Below are positions 19,035-29,548 of a DNA stretch of 64,000 nt, piece after piece. The notes beneath the pieces were generated by a model. The model did not search any database and was not told the DNA's origin. It worked only from the letters and a program-made list of their open reading frames with translations. Positions within the stretch are counted from its first letter, which is position 1, and each line of letters begins with the position of its first letter. Source of the DNA: Synechococcales cyanobacterium VAR_4_metabat_354 (lineage in GTDB: Bacteria > Cyanobacteriota > Cyanobacteriia > Cyanobacteriales > Chamaesiphonaceae). The position numbers and the translations under genes are program-made. The stretch is from positions 1 to 64,000 of the forward strand of contig JANOQI010000011.1 of assembly GCA_031414775.1 (NCBI GenBank), read 5' to 3'.

Positions 19035-20024
19035 ATGCAGATTCCCAAGTATTCATCATTACTCCAGTCGGCCTTGATGATTTGCCCTTTTTTCTTATGG
19101 GGGACAGCAATGGTGGCCATGAAAGAAGCCACTCCCCATACTACGCCGTTTTTCTTAGCCAGTTTTCGGTTGCTGCCAGCGGGAATCTTAGTTTTGGTGG
19201 CGGCAGCAGTCTGGCAATTACCTCAGCCCCAAACTTGGCGTGCTTGGAGCTGGATTATTTTGTTTGGGCTGGTAGACGGCACCTTGTTCCAAGGATTTTT
19301 AGCTAATGGCTTAATGCGTACCGATGCCGGACTAGGCTCGGTGATGATTGATTCTCAACCTTTGGCGGTGGCGATACTGTCGGCCTGGCTACTGAAGGAA
19401 TCGATCGGACTCTGGGGGGGAATTGGTTTGGGCTTGGGAGTAATCGGCATTAGCTGTATTGGTTTGCCAGCTGAATGGTGGGAGCAAATTTTAGATCCAG
19501 CTAACCATGACCCCTTGCAAATCACTCAGCTCTTTACCCACGGTGAATGGCTGATGCTGTTAGCAGCCCTATCGATGGCGGTAGGAACAATTTTAATTCG
19601 CTATGTCACCCAGGAGTCGGATGCCGTGGTGGCCACCGGTTGGCATATGATAGTTGGCTCGGTGCCCTTGATATTTGCCACAGTTCTAGGTGAAGAAGCG
19701 CCCTGGCAACACTTAACTATTCTGGATTGGTCAGCTCTGGCTTATTCCACGGTTTTTGGCAGCGCGATCGCCTATGGACTGTTTTTCTACTTTGCCGCCC
19801 GGGGTAATTTAACTAGTTTGAGTTCGCTCACTTTTTTGACCCCGATTTTTGCGCTGATTTTTGGCAGTATTTTTCTGAACGAAAGCCTGACTGCCATTCA
19901 ATTTGGCGGAGTGGCGGTCACTTTAATCAGCATTTTTCTGATCAATCAGCGGGAAGCTATTAGCGCCAAGTTTCAGCCCCAGTCCCAAGAACTAGATGAT
20001 CCCAAGTCCTCAAACCTTTTGTAA
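19035..20024 (+). CDS. DMT/EamA family transporter
   Basis: About 10 hydrophobic helices in two EamA repeats. Confidence 0.88.
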   Translation: MQIPKYSSLLQSALMICPFFLWGTAMVAMKEATPHTTPFFLASFRLLPAGILVLVAAAVWQLPQPQTWRAWSWIILFGLVDGTLFQGFLANGLMRTDAGLGSVMIDSQPLAVAILSAWLLKESIGLWGGIGLGLGVIGISCIGLPAEWWEQILDPANHDPLQITQLFTHGEWLMLLAALSMAVGTILIRYVTQESDAVVATGWHMIVGSVPLIFATVLGEEAPWQHLTILDWSALAYSTVFGSAIAYGLFFYFAARGNLTSLSSLTFLTPIFALIFGSIFLNESLTAIQFGGVAVTLISIFLINQREAISAKFQPQSQELDDPKSSNLL

Positions 20025-20894
20025 AAATTCCTGAGCCAGTTTCATAAACGCTTTCGACCCCGGAGTATTCGGGTTATCGATTACTACCGGCTGAAAACTA
20101 TCGATCGATCTGGCCACATTCACATCCATCGGAATTCTGGTTTGGAAGACTTTTTCCGGTTTAAAATCCTGCACCACCCGTTGAATAACCTGATCGTAGT
20201 AACGGTTAAACATCATGTTGCCGGACAACACAAATACCACTCCGAGCAGCTGACTGTGTAACTGATTGGCATCTAGTTGATGGGCTTCACGTAAGCTAGT
20301 AATTCGGCGTTCTAGTAATTGCATTCCCACTAAGGATAAAGGTTCAGGCCGAGCGGGCATAATGTAATAATCACTAGCCATAATGCCACTACGGGTTAGT
20401 AAGTTATAACCAGGAGCACAGTCTAAGATAATAAAATCATATTCTGACTGCACTGGCGCTAAGATATCGCGCAGCAATCCCCCCTCAAAGCCATTCCACA
20501 CATCCAGAAAGTCCGCTTTGCTGCCTTCTAGGGCTTCTTGATGAAGTTTCTCGGATACTAAAAATTCGTCATAAATGTCAATATCTCCAGAAAGTAAATC
20601 TAATCCTGGTACCCCGGCCAAATTGCGGGTGATGGTATCAGTAGTAGTAAATTTATAACGATGACTGGGTTTGAGGGCTTTAGCGACCAGATAACTAATC
20701 GTCATCTTATCGCGGCGGGTCTTAGCGAAGTCCTGGGGCGACATCAGGCTCAATGTGGCACTGATTTGGGTGTCCAGATCTACTACTAATACTCGCTTTT
20801 GATGATACTTGGCCAAGCAGGTTGCCAGATTAACGGTGAGCGTTGTTTTACCCACCCCACCTTTCATATTGATTGTGGCAATTGTTAATCCCAT
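20010..20894 (-). CDS. ParA/Soj family ATPase
   Basis: Deviant Walker A NMKGGVGKTT, plus VDLDTQ and LDCAPG. Confidence 0.9.
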   Translation of the reverse strand: MGLTIATINMKGGVGKTTLTVNLATCLAKYHQKRVLVVDLDTQISATLSLMSPQDFAKTRRDKMTISYLVAKALKPSHRYKFTTTDTITRNLAGVPGLDLLSGDIDIYDEFLVSEKLHQEALEGSKADFLDVWNGFEGGLLRDILAPVQSEYDFIILDCAPGYNLLTRSGIMASDYYIMPARPEPLSLVGMQLLERRITSLREAHQLDANQLHSQLLGVVFVLSGNMMFNRYYDQVIQRVVQDFKPEKVFQTRIPMDVNVARSIDSFQPVVIDNPNTPGSKAFMKLAQEFLQKV

Positions 20895-20952
20895 GAATTA
20901 CTTAATGATAGACACCGCTAACATCATAGAACTCGATTGACCTTTCCACCAT

Positions 20953-20988
20953 AAAAAATCAGGAGTGGAAAAACTATCTCACTCCTGA
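20953..20988 (-). terminator. Intrinsic terminator of rimO-crhR
   Basis: 9-bp stem TCAGGAGTG/CACTCCTGA followed by a T-run on the minus strand. Confidence 0.75.
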
Positions 20989-21014
20989 CTGAACTAATTT
21001 ATTAAACTGTAGTC

Positions 21015-22514
21015 TTAACGACGACGACGGCTAGAACCACGAGCTTCTTGATAGTCCCGATCATCACTGCGGTTGGTGCGTTCACCTCCGCCACCATTAT
21101 TGTCCCGTAAAACGGGCTTGCCAGCCCGTTGGCCGCGTGGGCGGGAGTCGCGACGATCGTCACGCCGATCATAGCGATCACCTCGGTCTTGAACTGTTGG
21201 CTCTTCCATGTCTAAGTAGGCAGGACGAGTGCGATCGTATATCAACTGCAAGGCCGCTGCGGCAATGGTATGCACATCATATCCTTCACCCAACTGGGCA
21301 ATAATTGGCAAGAACGAGGCTACCCGTTCGCCAGCCAATGCTTCTAAGATATCAGACTGCACTTTTTCCATGTGCTTCGCTTCGATTTGAGCACGGGTCG
21401 GCACCTGACAAATAGTCAAGTCTTGGCGCACCCGGCGTTCGATCGTTTGCAATTTGCGCCGGTCCATGGGGTGAATCAAAGAAATAGCGGTGCCTTCTTT
21501 GCCAGCCCGACCAGTCCGACCGATCCGGTGGATATAGTTTTCGGGACTATCGGGCATGTCGTAGTTAATGACGTGGGTCAAGTGGTCTACATCCAAACCA
21601 CGAGCGGCGATGTCGGTAGCCACAATCCAACGCACTTTACACTGGCGGAAGCGATGTAACAGGCGTTCCCGTTGAGTTTGGGTGAGGTCACCGTGATATT
21701 CATCGGCGCTGTGCCCAGCCCCTTGGAGTTGACCAGTCAGATCAGCAGCAGCCTTCCGGGTACGAACAAAGATGATGGCTGACTCCGGCTGTTCTAGCTC
21801 CATGATGGGCTGAAGCATTTGAGCTTTAGTCCAACCACGGGGGACAAAATAAACCTGTTGATTAATCCGGTTCGGAGCGGCTTTGGGCTGCTCAACGGTG
21901 ACGATAATGGGATTATTTAGGAAACGATTTACCAAAGAACGAATTTGGGGGGCCATGGTGGCCGAGAATAAAGCTGTTTGCTTAGTCTCTGGTAACTTGC
22001 TCATGACTAATTCAACATCATCGATAAAGCCCATGCTCAGCATTTCGTCGGCTTCATCTAAGACAAACCAATCTACTTGATCCAGACGTAAACGACCGCG
22101 ATTGATTAAGTCAATCACCCGACCTGGCGTACCGACAACAATGGGTACTCCACTTTCGAGGCGGCGGATTTGTTGTTCGATCGATTGACCACCATAGACG
22201 GTCAAAATTGGCGAACGGCGCTCGCTGGTAATGAAAGTCTTCATCGCCTCGGAAACTTGCATGGCCAGTTCGCGAGTAGGGGTCAGGATCAAAGCTTGCA
22301 CAACAGGCTTTTGGAAGTCGATTCTTTCGAGAATAGGCAACGAAAAGGCAGCGGTTTTACCGGTACCAGTTTGCGATTGGCCGACCACATCTCTGCCAGC
22401 CAGCAATTCAGGAATCGCTTGGGCTTGAATATTAGTGGGTTCGGTGATACCTAGCTTTTCTAATTGAGCAATGATTTTTTCAGAAATGCCGAGGCTAGCA
22501 AAGGGAGTGGTCAT
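21015..22514 (-). CDS. crhR: DEAD-box RNA helicase (CrhR/DeaD-like)
   Basis: Motifs QTGTGKT, PTRELA, LDEAD, SAT, ARGLD and HRIGRTGR. Downstream of rimO, as in other cyanobacteria. Start MTTPF at 22514. Confidence 0.9.
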   Translation of the reverse strand: MTTPFASLGISEKIIAQLEKLGITEPTNIQAQAIPELLAGRDVVGQSQTGTGKTAAFSLPILERIDFQKPVVQALILTPTRELAMQVSEAMKTFITSERRSPILTVYGGQSIEQQIRRLESGVPIVVGTPGRVIDLINRGRLRLDQVDWFVLDEADEMLSMGFIDDVELVMSKLPETKQTALFSATMAPQIRSLVNRFLNNPIIVTVEQPKAAPNRINQQVYFVPRGWTKAQMLQPIMELEQPESAIIFVRTRKAAADLTGQLQGAGHSADEYHGDLTQTQRERLLHRFRQCKVRWIVATDIAARGLDVDHLTHVINYDMPDSPENYIHRIGRTGRAGKEGTAISLIHPMDRRKLQTIERRVRQDLTICQVPTRAQIEAKHMEKVQSDILEALAGERVASFLPIIAQLGEGYDVHTIAAAALQLIYDRTRPAYLDMEEPTVQDRGDRYDRRDDRRDSRPRGQRAGKPVLRDNNGGGGERTNRSDDRDYQEARGSSRRRR

Positions 22515-22602
22515 ATGTTGGTATTTTTCAGTGATTAGGATTAAGTCAAACTTGGAAAATGGGGAGTGAGGATGGCAGTGGTGCTTTCTCACTTTTAAAA
22601 AA

Positions 22603-23922
22603 CTAGAAGGTTACAACCTCCCCATACAGGTCATAATGATCAGCTTTATCGATCCGTACCGACGCGATTGAACCTAGACGAGCGACACCGCGCACATAGA
22701 CTTGGCCGTCCACTTCGGGAGCCGATCGCGCTGACCGGCCCACGAGTTCCCCGGAACTGGGGTTTTCTAGTTCAATTAAGACATCGACAACTTTCCCAAC
22801 TTCTTGCTGGTTTTTGGCCAGAGAGATCGGCTGTTGCAAAGCCATAAGGGCGGCATGTCGATCGGTCATCACTTCAGCAGGTACTTGATTAGGCAATTGC
22901 CCAGCCGGTGCTTCGGCTTCCGCTGAAAAGGTAAATACCCCAACATGATCGAACTGGTGGCGCGCCACAAATTCTTGCAAGTGGGCAAAATGGTCAGCGG
23001 TTTCACCGGGGAATCCCACAATGAAAGTAGTGCGCATCACCGCATCGGGCAAAGCTGCGCGGAGGCTATCCATAATGCGATCATTAACATGTCCCTGCCA
23101 AGGTCGATTCATGGCGCGTAACATTTCCGGGTGAGAGTGCTGCAGGGGCAAATCCAGATAGGGGATCACGTTAGGGGTTTCTTGCATGGCGGCGATCACC
23201 GCTGGTGTGAGACCAGTCGGATAGGCATAATGCATCCGAATCCAAGGCACATCTACTTTACCCAAAGCCCGTAATAACTCGGCCAGCTGGGGCTTGCCGT
23301 AAATATCTAAGCCGTAGTTGGTGGTGATTTGGGAAATTAGAATTAGTTCTTTAACTCCTTCATCAGCCAGCTGTTGTGCCTCAGCGACAATCGATTCGAT
23401 TGATCGCGATCGCTGCTTACCGCGTAGATGAGGAATGATGCAAAAACTACAAGCATAATCACAGCCTTCCGCTACCCGTAGATAAGCCACTCCTTCGGAG
23501 GTGGTGCGATAGCGCGGCACCCACTCGTCGGCAATATAACTGGGTTCGGCAGAAATAACCTGAACACGTTCACCAGTCTCGGCTCGTTCAATGACGTTGA
23601 CGATTTTCTGGTAATCGCCAGTGCCAACTACAGCCACCGCTTCTGGTATTTCATCCAGTAGTTGGCTCTGAAAATGTTGAGCCATACAACCAGTAATTAC
23701 TATTTTCTTTTGAGCTGCTGCCAGCTCAACCAAAGTACGCACCGACTCTTCCCGCGCCGACTCCACAAAACTACAGGTGTTGACGATTACATAGTCGGCA
23801 GTATCCTCGTCAGCATCAACATGATAGCCAGCTTGAACCAGTAAACCGAGCATGTGCTCGCTATCTATTCGATTTTTTTCACAGCCGAGATGGGAGATCG
23901 CGATTGATGGCTTATTACCCAT
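22603..23922 (-). CDS. rimO: Ribosomal protein S12 methylthiotransferase
   Basis: LGCEKN, radical SAM motif CDYACSFC, and TRAM domain APEVDG. Confidence 0.95.
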   Translation of the reverse strand: MGNKPSIAISHLGCEKNRIDSEHMLGLLVQAGYHVDADEDTADYVIVNTCSFVESAREESVRTLVELAAAQKKIVITGCMAQHFQSQLLDEIPEAVAVVGTGDYQKIVNVIERAETGERVQVISAEPSYIADEWVPRYRTTSEGVAYLRVAEGCDYACSFCIIPHLRGKQRSRSIESIVAEAQQLADEGVKELILISQITTNYGLDIYGKPQLAELLRALGKVDVPWIRMHYAYPTGLTPAVIAAMQETPNVIPYLDLPLQHSHPEMLRAMNRPWQGHVNDRIMDSLRAALPDAVMRTTFIVGFPGETADHFAHLQEFVARHQFDHVGVFTFSAEAEAPAGQLPNQVPAEVMTDRHAALMALQQPISLAKNQQEVGKVVDVLIELENPSSGELVGRSARSAPEVDGQVYVRGVARLGSIASVRIDKADHYDLYGEVVTF

Positions 23923-24475
23923 TGATGATTTATATACTCGCAGATTGGGCGGTCATGAAGGACACAGCAACTCCCAAGCAGCCCGAAGGCTAACCAAATT
24001 TAACCACTAAGTGGAAGACTACAAGACTGACACAGCTACGACACGAAGGTCAGGAACCACTAGTAACAAGTCTATAAGGCGTAGCCTTTGATAAGTCAGC
24101 AACTAGTGCTGATGACAACTGAATTTTTCAGGCTGGAGCCTTACGTTAAAAGCCTAAGGTGAGGCGGGCGCCAATGGTGAAACAGGACTGTTTAAGGCTT
24201 GAGCACGTTGCTACAAGCATTCCTGAAAGGTTTGGTTGTCAGTTTTGAGATGCGATATTGTCCGCTGAAAAACATTCTAACATGATGTTGCGGATTGTAA
24301 CTGATTTAGCTAAAACCGCTGAGACTAGCGGGCGAAAATGGAACAATAGATTCTCCATTTAACGAAGGGCTAATAGGTCTAGACTTGGAATGGTATAAAA
24401 TCAAGAATGCTGCTTCAGACCATTGCTTTTGAGGCGGAGCTGCAACGAATAAGACTGGATTCTTATGTTTATATT

Positions 24476-25330
24476 GTGAATCTAAAACAAACTTTTCAGA
24501 CCATCAACCCCATTATTGGAGTAGTGCATCTTCTGCCACTGCCCACCGCGCCGCGTTGGGGCGGAAATTTAAAAGCCGTGATCGATCGAGCGGAACAAGA
24601 AGCGCTAGCTTTAGCGTCCGGTGGAGTTGACGGCATTATCATCGAAAACTTTTTTGATGCGCCATTTACTAAGGGTCAAGTCGATCCAGCGGTAGTGAGT
24701 GCCATAACATTAGTGGTAAAGAGATTAATGGGTTTGGTAACTTTGCCGATCGGTATTAATGTACTGCGCAATGATGGCCAAAGTGCCCTGGCCATTGCGA
24801 CCTGTACGGGGGCACAATTTATTCGGGTCAACGTTTTAACCGGGGTCATGGCGACCGATCAAGGATTAATTGAAGGCTGTGCCTACGATCTACTGCGCTA
24901 CCGGCGGGAGTTGGGCAGTGATGTCAAAATTTTGGCGGATGTATTGGTTAAACATGCGAGGCCATTGGGTACCCCCAATCTGACCACGGCTGTTCAAGAT
25001 ACGATCGAGCGCGGTCTGGCCGATGCCGTAATTTTGTCTGGTTGGTCTACTGGCAATCCACCAGATCTAGAGGATTTGGAGCTGGCCACTAACGCGGCCA
25101 AGGGCACACCGGTTTTTATTGGCAGTGGAGCAGACTGGGAAAACATTTCGACTTTGATGCAAGCTGCTGACGGGGTGATTGTGTCTAGTGCCCTCAAGCG
25201 GCAGGGTAAAATAGAACAGTCGATCGATCCAATTCGGGTTAGCCAGTTTGTGGATGCCATGCGCAACAGTCCCCAAAATCAGCTTCAGCCAGAGACTCCT
25301 ATGGCTGTGCCCGTTACCCCGTCTCGATAG
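24476..25330 (+). CDS. btpA: Photosystem I biogenesis protein BtpA
   Basis: Motifs IIGVVHLLPLP, ENFFDAPF, GINVLRND and DVLVKH. GTG start at 24476 preferred. Confidence 0.92.
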   Translation: MNLKQTFQTINPIIGVVHLLPLPTAPRWGGNLKAVIDRAEQEALALASGGVDGIIIENFFDAPFTKGQVDPAVVSAITLVVKRLMGLVTLPIGINVLRNDGQSALAIATCTGAQFIRVNVLTGVMATDQGLIEGCAYDLLRYRRELGSDVKILADVLVKHARPLGTPNLTTAVQDTIERGLADAVILSGWSTGNPPDLEDLELATNAAKGTPVFIGSGADWENISTLMQAADGVIVSSALKRQGKIEQSIDPIRVSQFVDAMRNSPQNQLQPETPMAVPVTPSR

Positions 25331-25364
25331 CACCTAGCTCTTTAATCTTTAGCTTGTTTAATTT

Positions 25365-26360
25365 ATGCTTAATCGTCGTCAATCCTCCTGGATTCATCGT
25401 TTCTCCCGGCCACTCATTGGGGCAATCGCCGCCGTGGGGATCGCTGATACTGGTTATTTAACATCGGTAAAGCTAGCAGGTAACGGTGTGGCTTGCTCCA
25501 GCGCGGGCTGCAATCAGGTGTTGAGTAGTCCCTACGCCAACGTTTTTGGTTTACCTTTGACTTTGTTTGGCTTGCTGGCTTATGTGGCGATCGCCGTCCT
25601 AGCGATCGCGCCGCTGGTAATCAAAGCTCAGAGCAACAAGAAATTTCAGAGCCAACTCCAAGATTCAACTTGGTTAGGGATGTTTTTGATCGGTACCGCC
25701 ATGGCTATATTCAGCGGCTATCTGATGTATCTGTTGGCCTTTGTGATTAAGGCAGCTTGTCCTTTTTGTATTGTTTCGGCGATTTGCTCCTGCTCGATCT
25801 TGATCCTGACCTTAGTGGGCAGAGAGTGGAATGACATTGGTCAACTCCTATTTCGAGGATTGGGAGTAGCGGCGGTTACAGTGCTAGTCACTTTAGGTAT
25901 CTATAGCGGGGTCGGCAACACGGTGAGTGTTAATGCCGGTGATCCGACCACTACCAGCATCACCACTCTGCAACCACAGGGGCCTCTACCAGCCAAGGTC
26001 GGCTGGACAATCACCAGTAAATCTGGAGACGCAGAAATTGCGCTCGCCCAGCATCTCAAAAAAATCGATGCCAAAATGTACGGCGGTTTCTTTTGCTCGC
26101 ACTGCTACGAACAAAAGCAATTATTTGGTCGCGAAGCTTTCAAAAGTAGTATTAATTACATCGAGTGTCATCCGGAAGGCAAAAATCCTCAAGTAGCGCT
26201 GTGCGAAAAAGAAGGCATTAAAGGCTTTCCCACTTGGGATATCAAAGGCAAGAAGTACGAGGGCACGCGGCCACCAGAAGAATTAGCCAAAGTGAGTGAC
26301 TATCAAGGTTCTACAAACTTTATCTACTCGAAGTTGATGCCTAATTTTGTGCCAAAATAG
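25365..26360 (+). CDS. VKOR family protein fused to a thioredoxin-like domain
   Basis: CSSAGCNQVLSSPYA loop, CPFC in a TM segment, and a C-terminal CSHC...GFPTW domain. Confidence 0.92.
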   Translation: MLNRRQSSWIHRFSRPLIGAIAAVGIADTGYLTSVKLAGNGVACSSAGCNQVLSSPYANVFGLPLTLFGLLAYVAIAVLAIAPLVIKAQSNKKFQSQLQDSTWLGMFLIGTAMAIFSGYLMYLLAFVIKAACPFCIVSAICSCSILILTLVGREWNDIGQLLFRGLGVAAVTVLVTLGIYSGVGNTVSVNAGDPTTTSITTLQPQGPLPAKVGWTITSKSGDAEIALAQHLKKIDAKMYGGFFCSHCYEQKQLFGREAFKSSINYIECHPEGKNPQVALCEKEGIKGFPTWDIKGKKYEGTRPPEELAKVSDYQGSTNFIYSKLMPNFVPK

Positions 26361-26366
26361 GGGTGA

Positions 26367-28394
26367 TCACAAGTCCCAGATAGTAACGTATTCTTCGACA
26401 ATTTCGCCGCCAAATTGCTCGGCAATGCGAGCAGCGGCAGCATCCAAATCCAGGTCGGTGAAATGAGAAATAGCAACTTCTCCAGTGATTGCTGGCTGAG
26501 AAAAGGTTGATGCTGCTGGGGAGCCATTTTCCTTGCCATTCGTGATTGCAGCACCGGGTGCTGGCGATCGAAAGACAGCGGGCTGTTCCAGCACCATTAC
26601 GGGGTTAGAATATTCGGCTGGCAGCGGGGCTAAAATTTCCACTTCATCTGGTTCAAAACATTCTGCTGGTTCGTCCAAAATTTCATCATCAGCTAAAGCC
26701 ATGGCTGGCTGTGTTACAAGTTGCTCTGATGGACTGACGAGGGAAACAGGGTTTTGGTGGGCAGAGATCACCGCTGGTGCCATTAAATCGACTGAAGAAT
26801 CTAATTTCTGAGCAACGCTCCGAACGACTTTATTTTGAGCAGCTTTGTTTTTGCTAGCCACGTCGGACTCACCCAACTGCAACAAAACAGTAATTGGTCG
26901 ATCCAAGAGGGCAGTTAAGGCTTTCTGGAGATGATGCTTTTGGCCTTCAGCTATTTTCATAAAGGTGCTGCTCTTCATGCCGATCGTGGCCACATCTCCC
27001 TCTAGCGACAAGAATTGGCCGTGGGGAGCAAACAGACCCTTTCCCGAAGGCAACAGCTGCCCCAGAACTTGTTGCCAGGTAGCTGCGAGATCGATCGATA
27101 GAGCGGCTGGTTCAATTACTTCTGGCTTTGCTGGTTCTACTAATGTTTCAAAAACTGGGACAGCAGAAATTGGTAAGGATGCTTTGGTCTGCTCTCGTCC
27201 AGATTCCCTGGGATCGATCGATTCACTAGCTCCGACGGTCTGCGACAGGTTATTAGAAACGATGGGAATAGGAAAAGGTGGCAACTCAGCCTGAGCCTTT
27301 GCCCTGACCGGGGACAGCAATCCTAACAAAGTAATTTCTAACCACAGCCGAGGTTGAGTATTTCCTTTTAGCTGATTTTCACTGTCTTTGAGATGTTGTT
27401 GAGCAGCTAGGATGGTCGCTAATTCCATCGGAGCCGCTAACTCACGTACCGCTGGCCAAATTTCGGTAGTGAGGTTGGTTAGATCCTGGCGGCTGGGGAT
27501 CGCTTTGGCGATCGACAGATCCCGATAGAAACCAGCCAGGTTCTGTAAAATCATCAGCGGCTCTTTGCCCCTCTCCAGCAGCTGCCGACAATGGTCAAAT
27601 AAATTCTCGATGTGCTGCTGGTGAATAGCTTGACTCATCGCTAGCAAATCTTTTTCGGGCACCGAACCTACTAATTCCCACACTCGATCGACAGTCACCT
27701 CGCTACTCATTAAACTGAGCTGATCAAGCAGACTCTCGGCATCACGCAAGCCTCCCTGGGCAATTTGAGCCACTAACTGCACCGCGCCAGCCGTAATTTG
27801 CATCTGCTCCAGCTGGGCGATGTCAGCGAGATGTTTCACCATGTCGGCCAGCGGAATCCGGCGAAAGTCAAATTTTTGGCAACGGGAAATAATAGTGGGT
27901 AGTACCCGTTGGGGATCGGTAGTGGCCAGAATAAAGACCACATGCAGCGGCGGCTCCTCTAAAGTCTTAAGCAAAGAGTTAAAAGCTGCTGTACTCAGCA
28001 TATGACACTCATCGATCAGATAAACTTTATAACGGCATTGCACCGGCGCATATTGCGATCGATCAATAATCTCTCGAATATTATCCACCCCCGTATTACT
28101 GGCCGCATCAATCTCTACCACGTCCAGGGCATTGCCCAAGGTGATTGACTTACAAGTCAAGCATTCACCACATGGTTGTGCTGTGGGTACATCACTAGCC
28201 ATACAATTAAGAGACTTAGCCAAAATGCGGGCACTGGAAGTTTTGCCAGTACCGCGCGGACCAGTGAATAGGTAAGCTGGCGCGATCTTTTGTGACCGCA
28301 GAGCATTGGTGAGCGTTGTGGCAATCGCCTCTTGCCCCACCAAATCTGCGAAAGTCTGAGGTCGATATTTATGATGGAAGGGTAAATAACTCAT
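26367..28394 (-). CDS. dnaX: DNA polymerase III subunit gamma/tau
   Basis: Motifs HKYRPQTF, GPRGTGKT, EIDAAS, DECHML and SRC. Confidence 0.95.
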   Translation of the reverse strand: MSYLPFHHKYRPQTFADLVGQEAIATTLTNALRSQKIAPAYLFTGPRGTGKTSSARILAKSLNCMASDVPTAQPCGECLTCKSITLGNALDVVEIDAASNTGVDNIREIIDRSQYAPVQCRYKVYLIDECHMLSTAAFNSLLKTLEEPPLHVVFILATTDPQRVLPTIISRCQKFDFRRIPLADMVKHLADIAQLEQMQITAGAVQLVAQIAQGGLRDAESLLDQLSLMSSEVTVDRVWELVGSVPEKDLLAMSQAIHQQHIENLFDHCRQLLERGKEPLMILQNLAGFYRDLSIAKAIPSRQDLTNLTTEIWPAVRELAAPMELATILAAQQHLKDSENQLKGNTQPRLWLEITLLGLLSPVRAKAQAELPPFPIPIVSNNLSQTVGASESIDPRESGREQTKASLPISAVPVFETLVEPAKPEVIEPAALSIDLAATWQQVLGQLLPSGKGLFAPHGQFLSLEGDVATIGMKSSTFMKIAEGQKHHLQKALTALLDRPITVLLQLGESDVASKNKAAQNKVVRSVAQKLDSSVDLMAPAVISAHQNPVSLVSPSEQLVTQPAMALADDEILDEPAECFEPDEVEILAPLPAEYSNPVMVLEQPAVFRSPAPGAAITNGKENGSPAASTFSQPAITGEVAISHFTDLDLDAAAARIAEQFGGEIVEEYVTIWDL

Positions 28395-28600
28395 CGACAT
28401 CAAAATAAAAAATTGAGCCTGGTAATTTAGCTATCCCAATCTGGGATACCTGATAATCAGGAACTGCTAAAGGTGATCTGGATTCTAGGATACCAGTGAG
28501 TAATAATTCTCACTGGTATGTTTACCATTATTTTAGTAGAATCACTAACAGTTATCTCCGGCAAAACCTATGTACTACGTTAGCGCAAGGACAGTTGTAA

Positions 28601-29545
28601 ATGTTTAAAGGAATTTGGCGATCGAGTCCCAGTAAAGCCGCAGTTGTTACTGATGACTTACCACTCCTCAGCGATCCAGACCATGAATACTTATTTATGC
28701 AATTGCTAGAAGGTGTTACCCATGGCTGGCAGCAACCCCGGGTGATCAAATTTTTTCAGCGCGTGAAGCAACGAGCACCTAAATCACAATGGATCGCTTG
28801 GTTGAATGGTTTTGGCTTCCGATTGCTAAACTCCGCCGATCCGAATGAAGAACTAGCCCGCAAAATGATCCAGCTCAGTGAGCTGGACTGTGGAGAAGTA
28901 ACCACCTTAGCGGGAGAGTTTGGTCATCAGCTCCTTGAGCGAATTTATGGTGGTTCTGACGAAGAATCCTTGCCAGATTTGGACAGCAGTAGCTTGTTAG
29001 ACCTGGAACTGACCCTCCTAGAGCAAGCAGACCCCACCGCTACCCTGCCACCAATGGCTCTATCAGAAATAGAAACAGCCATGGGTGTCCGCTCCGATTA
29101 TCGAGAAGAGCGTCGATCGATGAACCCACCACCGCCAGCCCCACCAAGAGTGGTACTGCCAGATTTTGATCCGGTAACACTGCCGAACACCGATATACTA
29201 GCAGCGAAAGGCTCCACTGCTTTTACCGACTCTAATGTTGAATTTAACTTTGACGCTAGTTCTATTCCAACTACTCATCTAGACATCCCCATGTTTGGAG
29301 TAGTCCCTTCCGAACTACGGATTGCCAAGGAACCTGGCCTGTTGCCGATTGAAACCTATTCAGATCAGCCACCAATGTTAGAGGAGAAAGTAATTAGTAT
29401 CGACGAATTTGCGGTGATGCTCCAAAGCGATCCGGCTTTAGTACGAGAAATCGCTCAACAACTGGGCATAAATACCAACGATCCGCAAATGGTGCTGGAT
29501 GCAGTGATTACCCAAATGCAGCAGCAAATTCAAGACGGAAATTAG
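28601..29545 (+). CDS. Hypothetical protein, Pro/acidic-rich middle region
   Basis: 314-aa ORF ending 3 nt before rnhA. Confidence 0.75.
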   Translation: MFKGIWRSSPSKAAVVTDDLPLLSDPDHEYLFMQLLEGVTHGWQQPRVIKFFQRVKQRAPKSQWIAWLNGFGFRLLNSADPNEELARKMIQLSELDCGEVTTLAGEFGHQLLERIYGGSDEESLPDLDSSSLLDLELTLLEQADPTATLPPMALSEIETAMGVRSDYREERRSMNPPPPAPPRVVLPDFDPVTLPNTDILAAKGSTAFTDSNVEFNFDASSIPTTHLDIPMFGVVPSELRIAKEPGLLPIETYSDQPPMLEEKVISIDEFAVMLQSDPALVREIAQQLGINTNDPQMVLDAVITQMQQQIQDGN

Positions 29546-29548
29546 TTT

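Noticed and set aside
24040..24070. SRP RNA or 6S RNA in the rimO-btpA gap
   Set aside because: GTCAGG is present but the CCGGAAGG-AGCAGC SRP core is missing, and the fold lacks the 6S central bubble. Kept only as an unassigned structured region.
26367..28394. Intein or programmed frameshift in dnaX
   Set aside because: The AAA region is continuous with no intein insertion, and I saw no A AAA AAG-type slippery site with a downstream hairpin.
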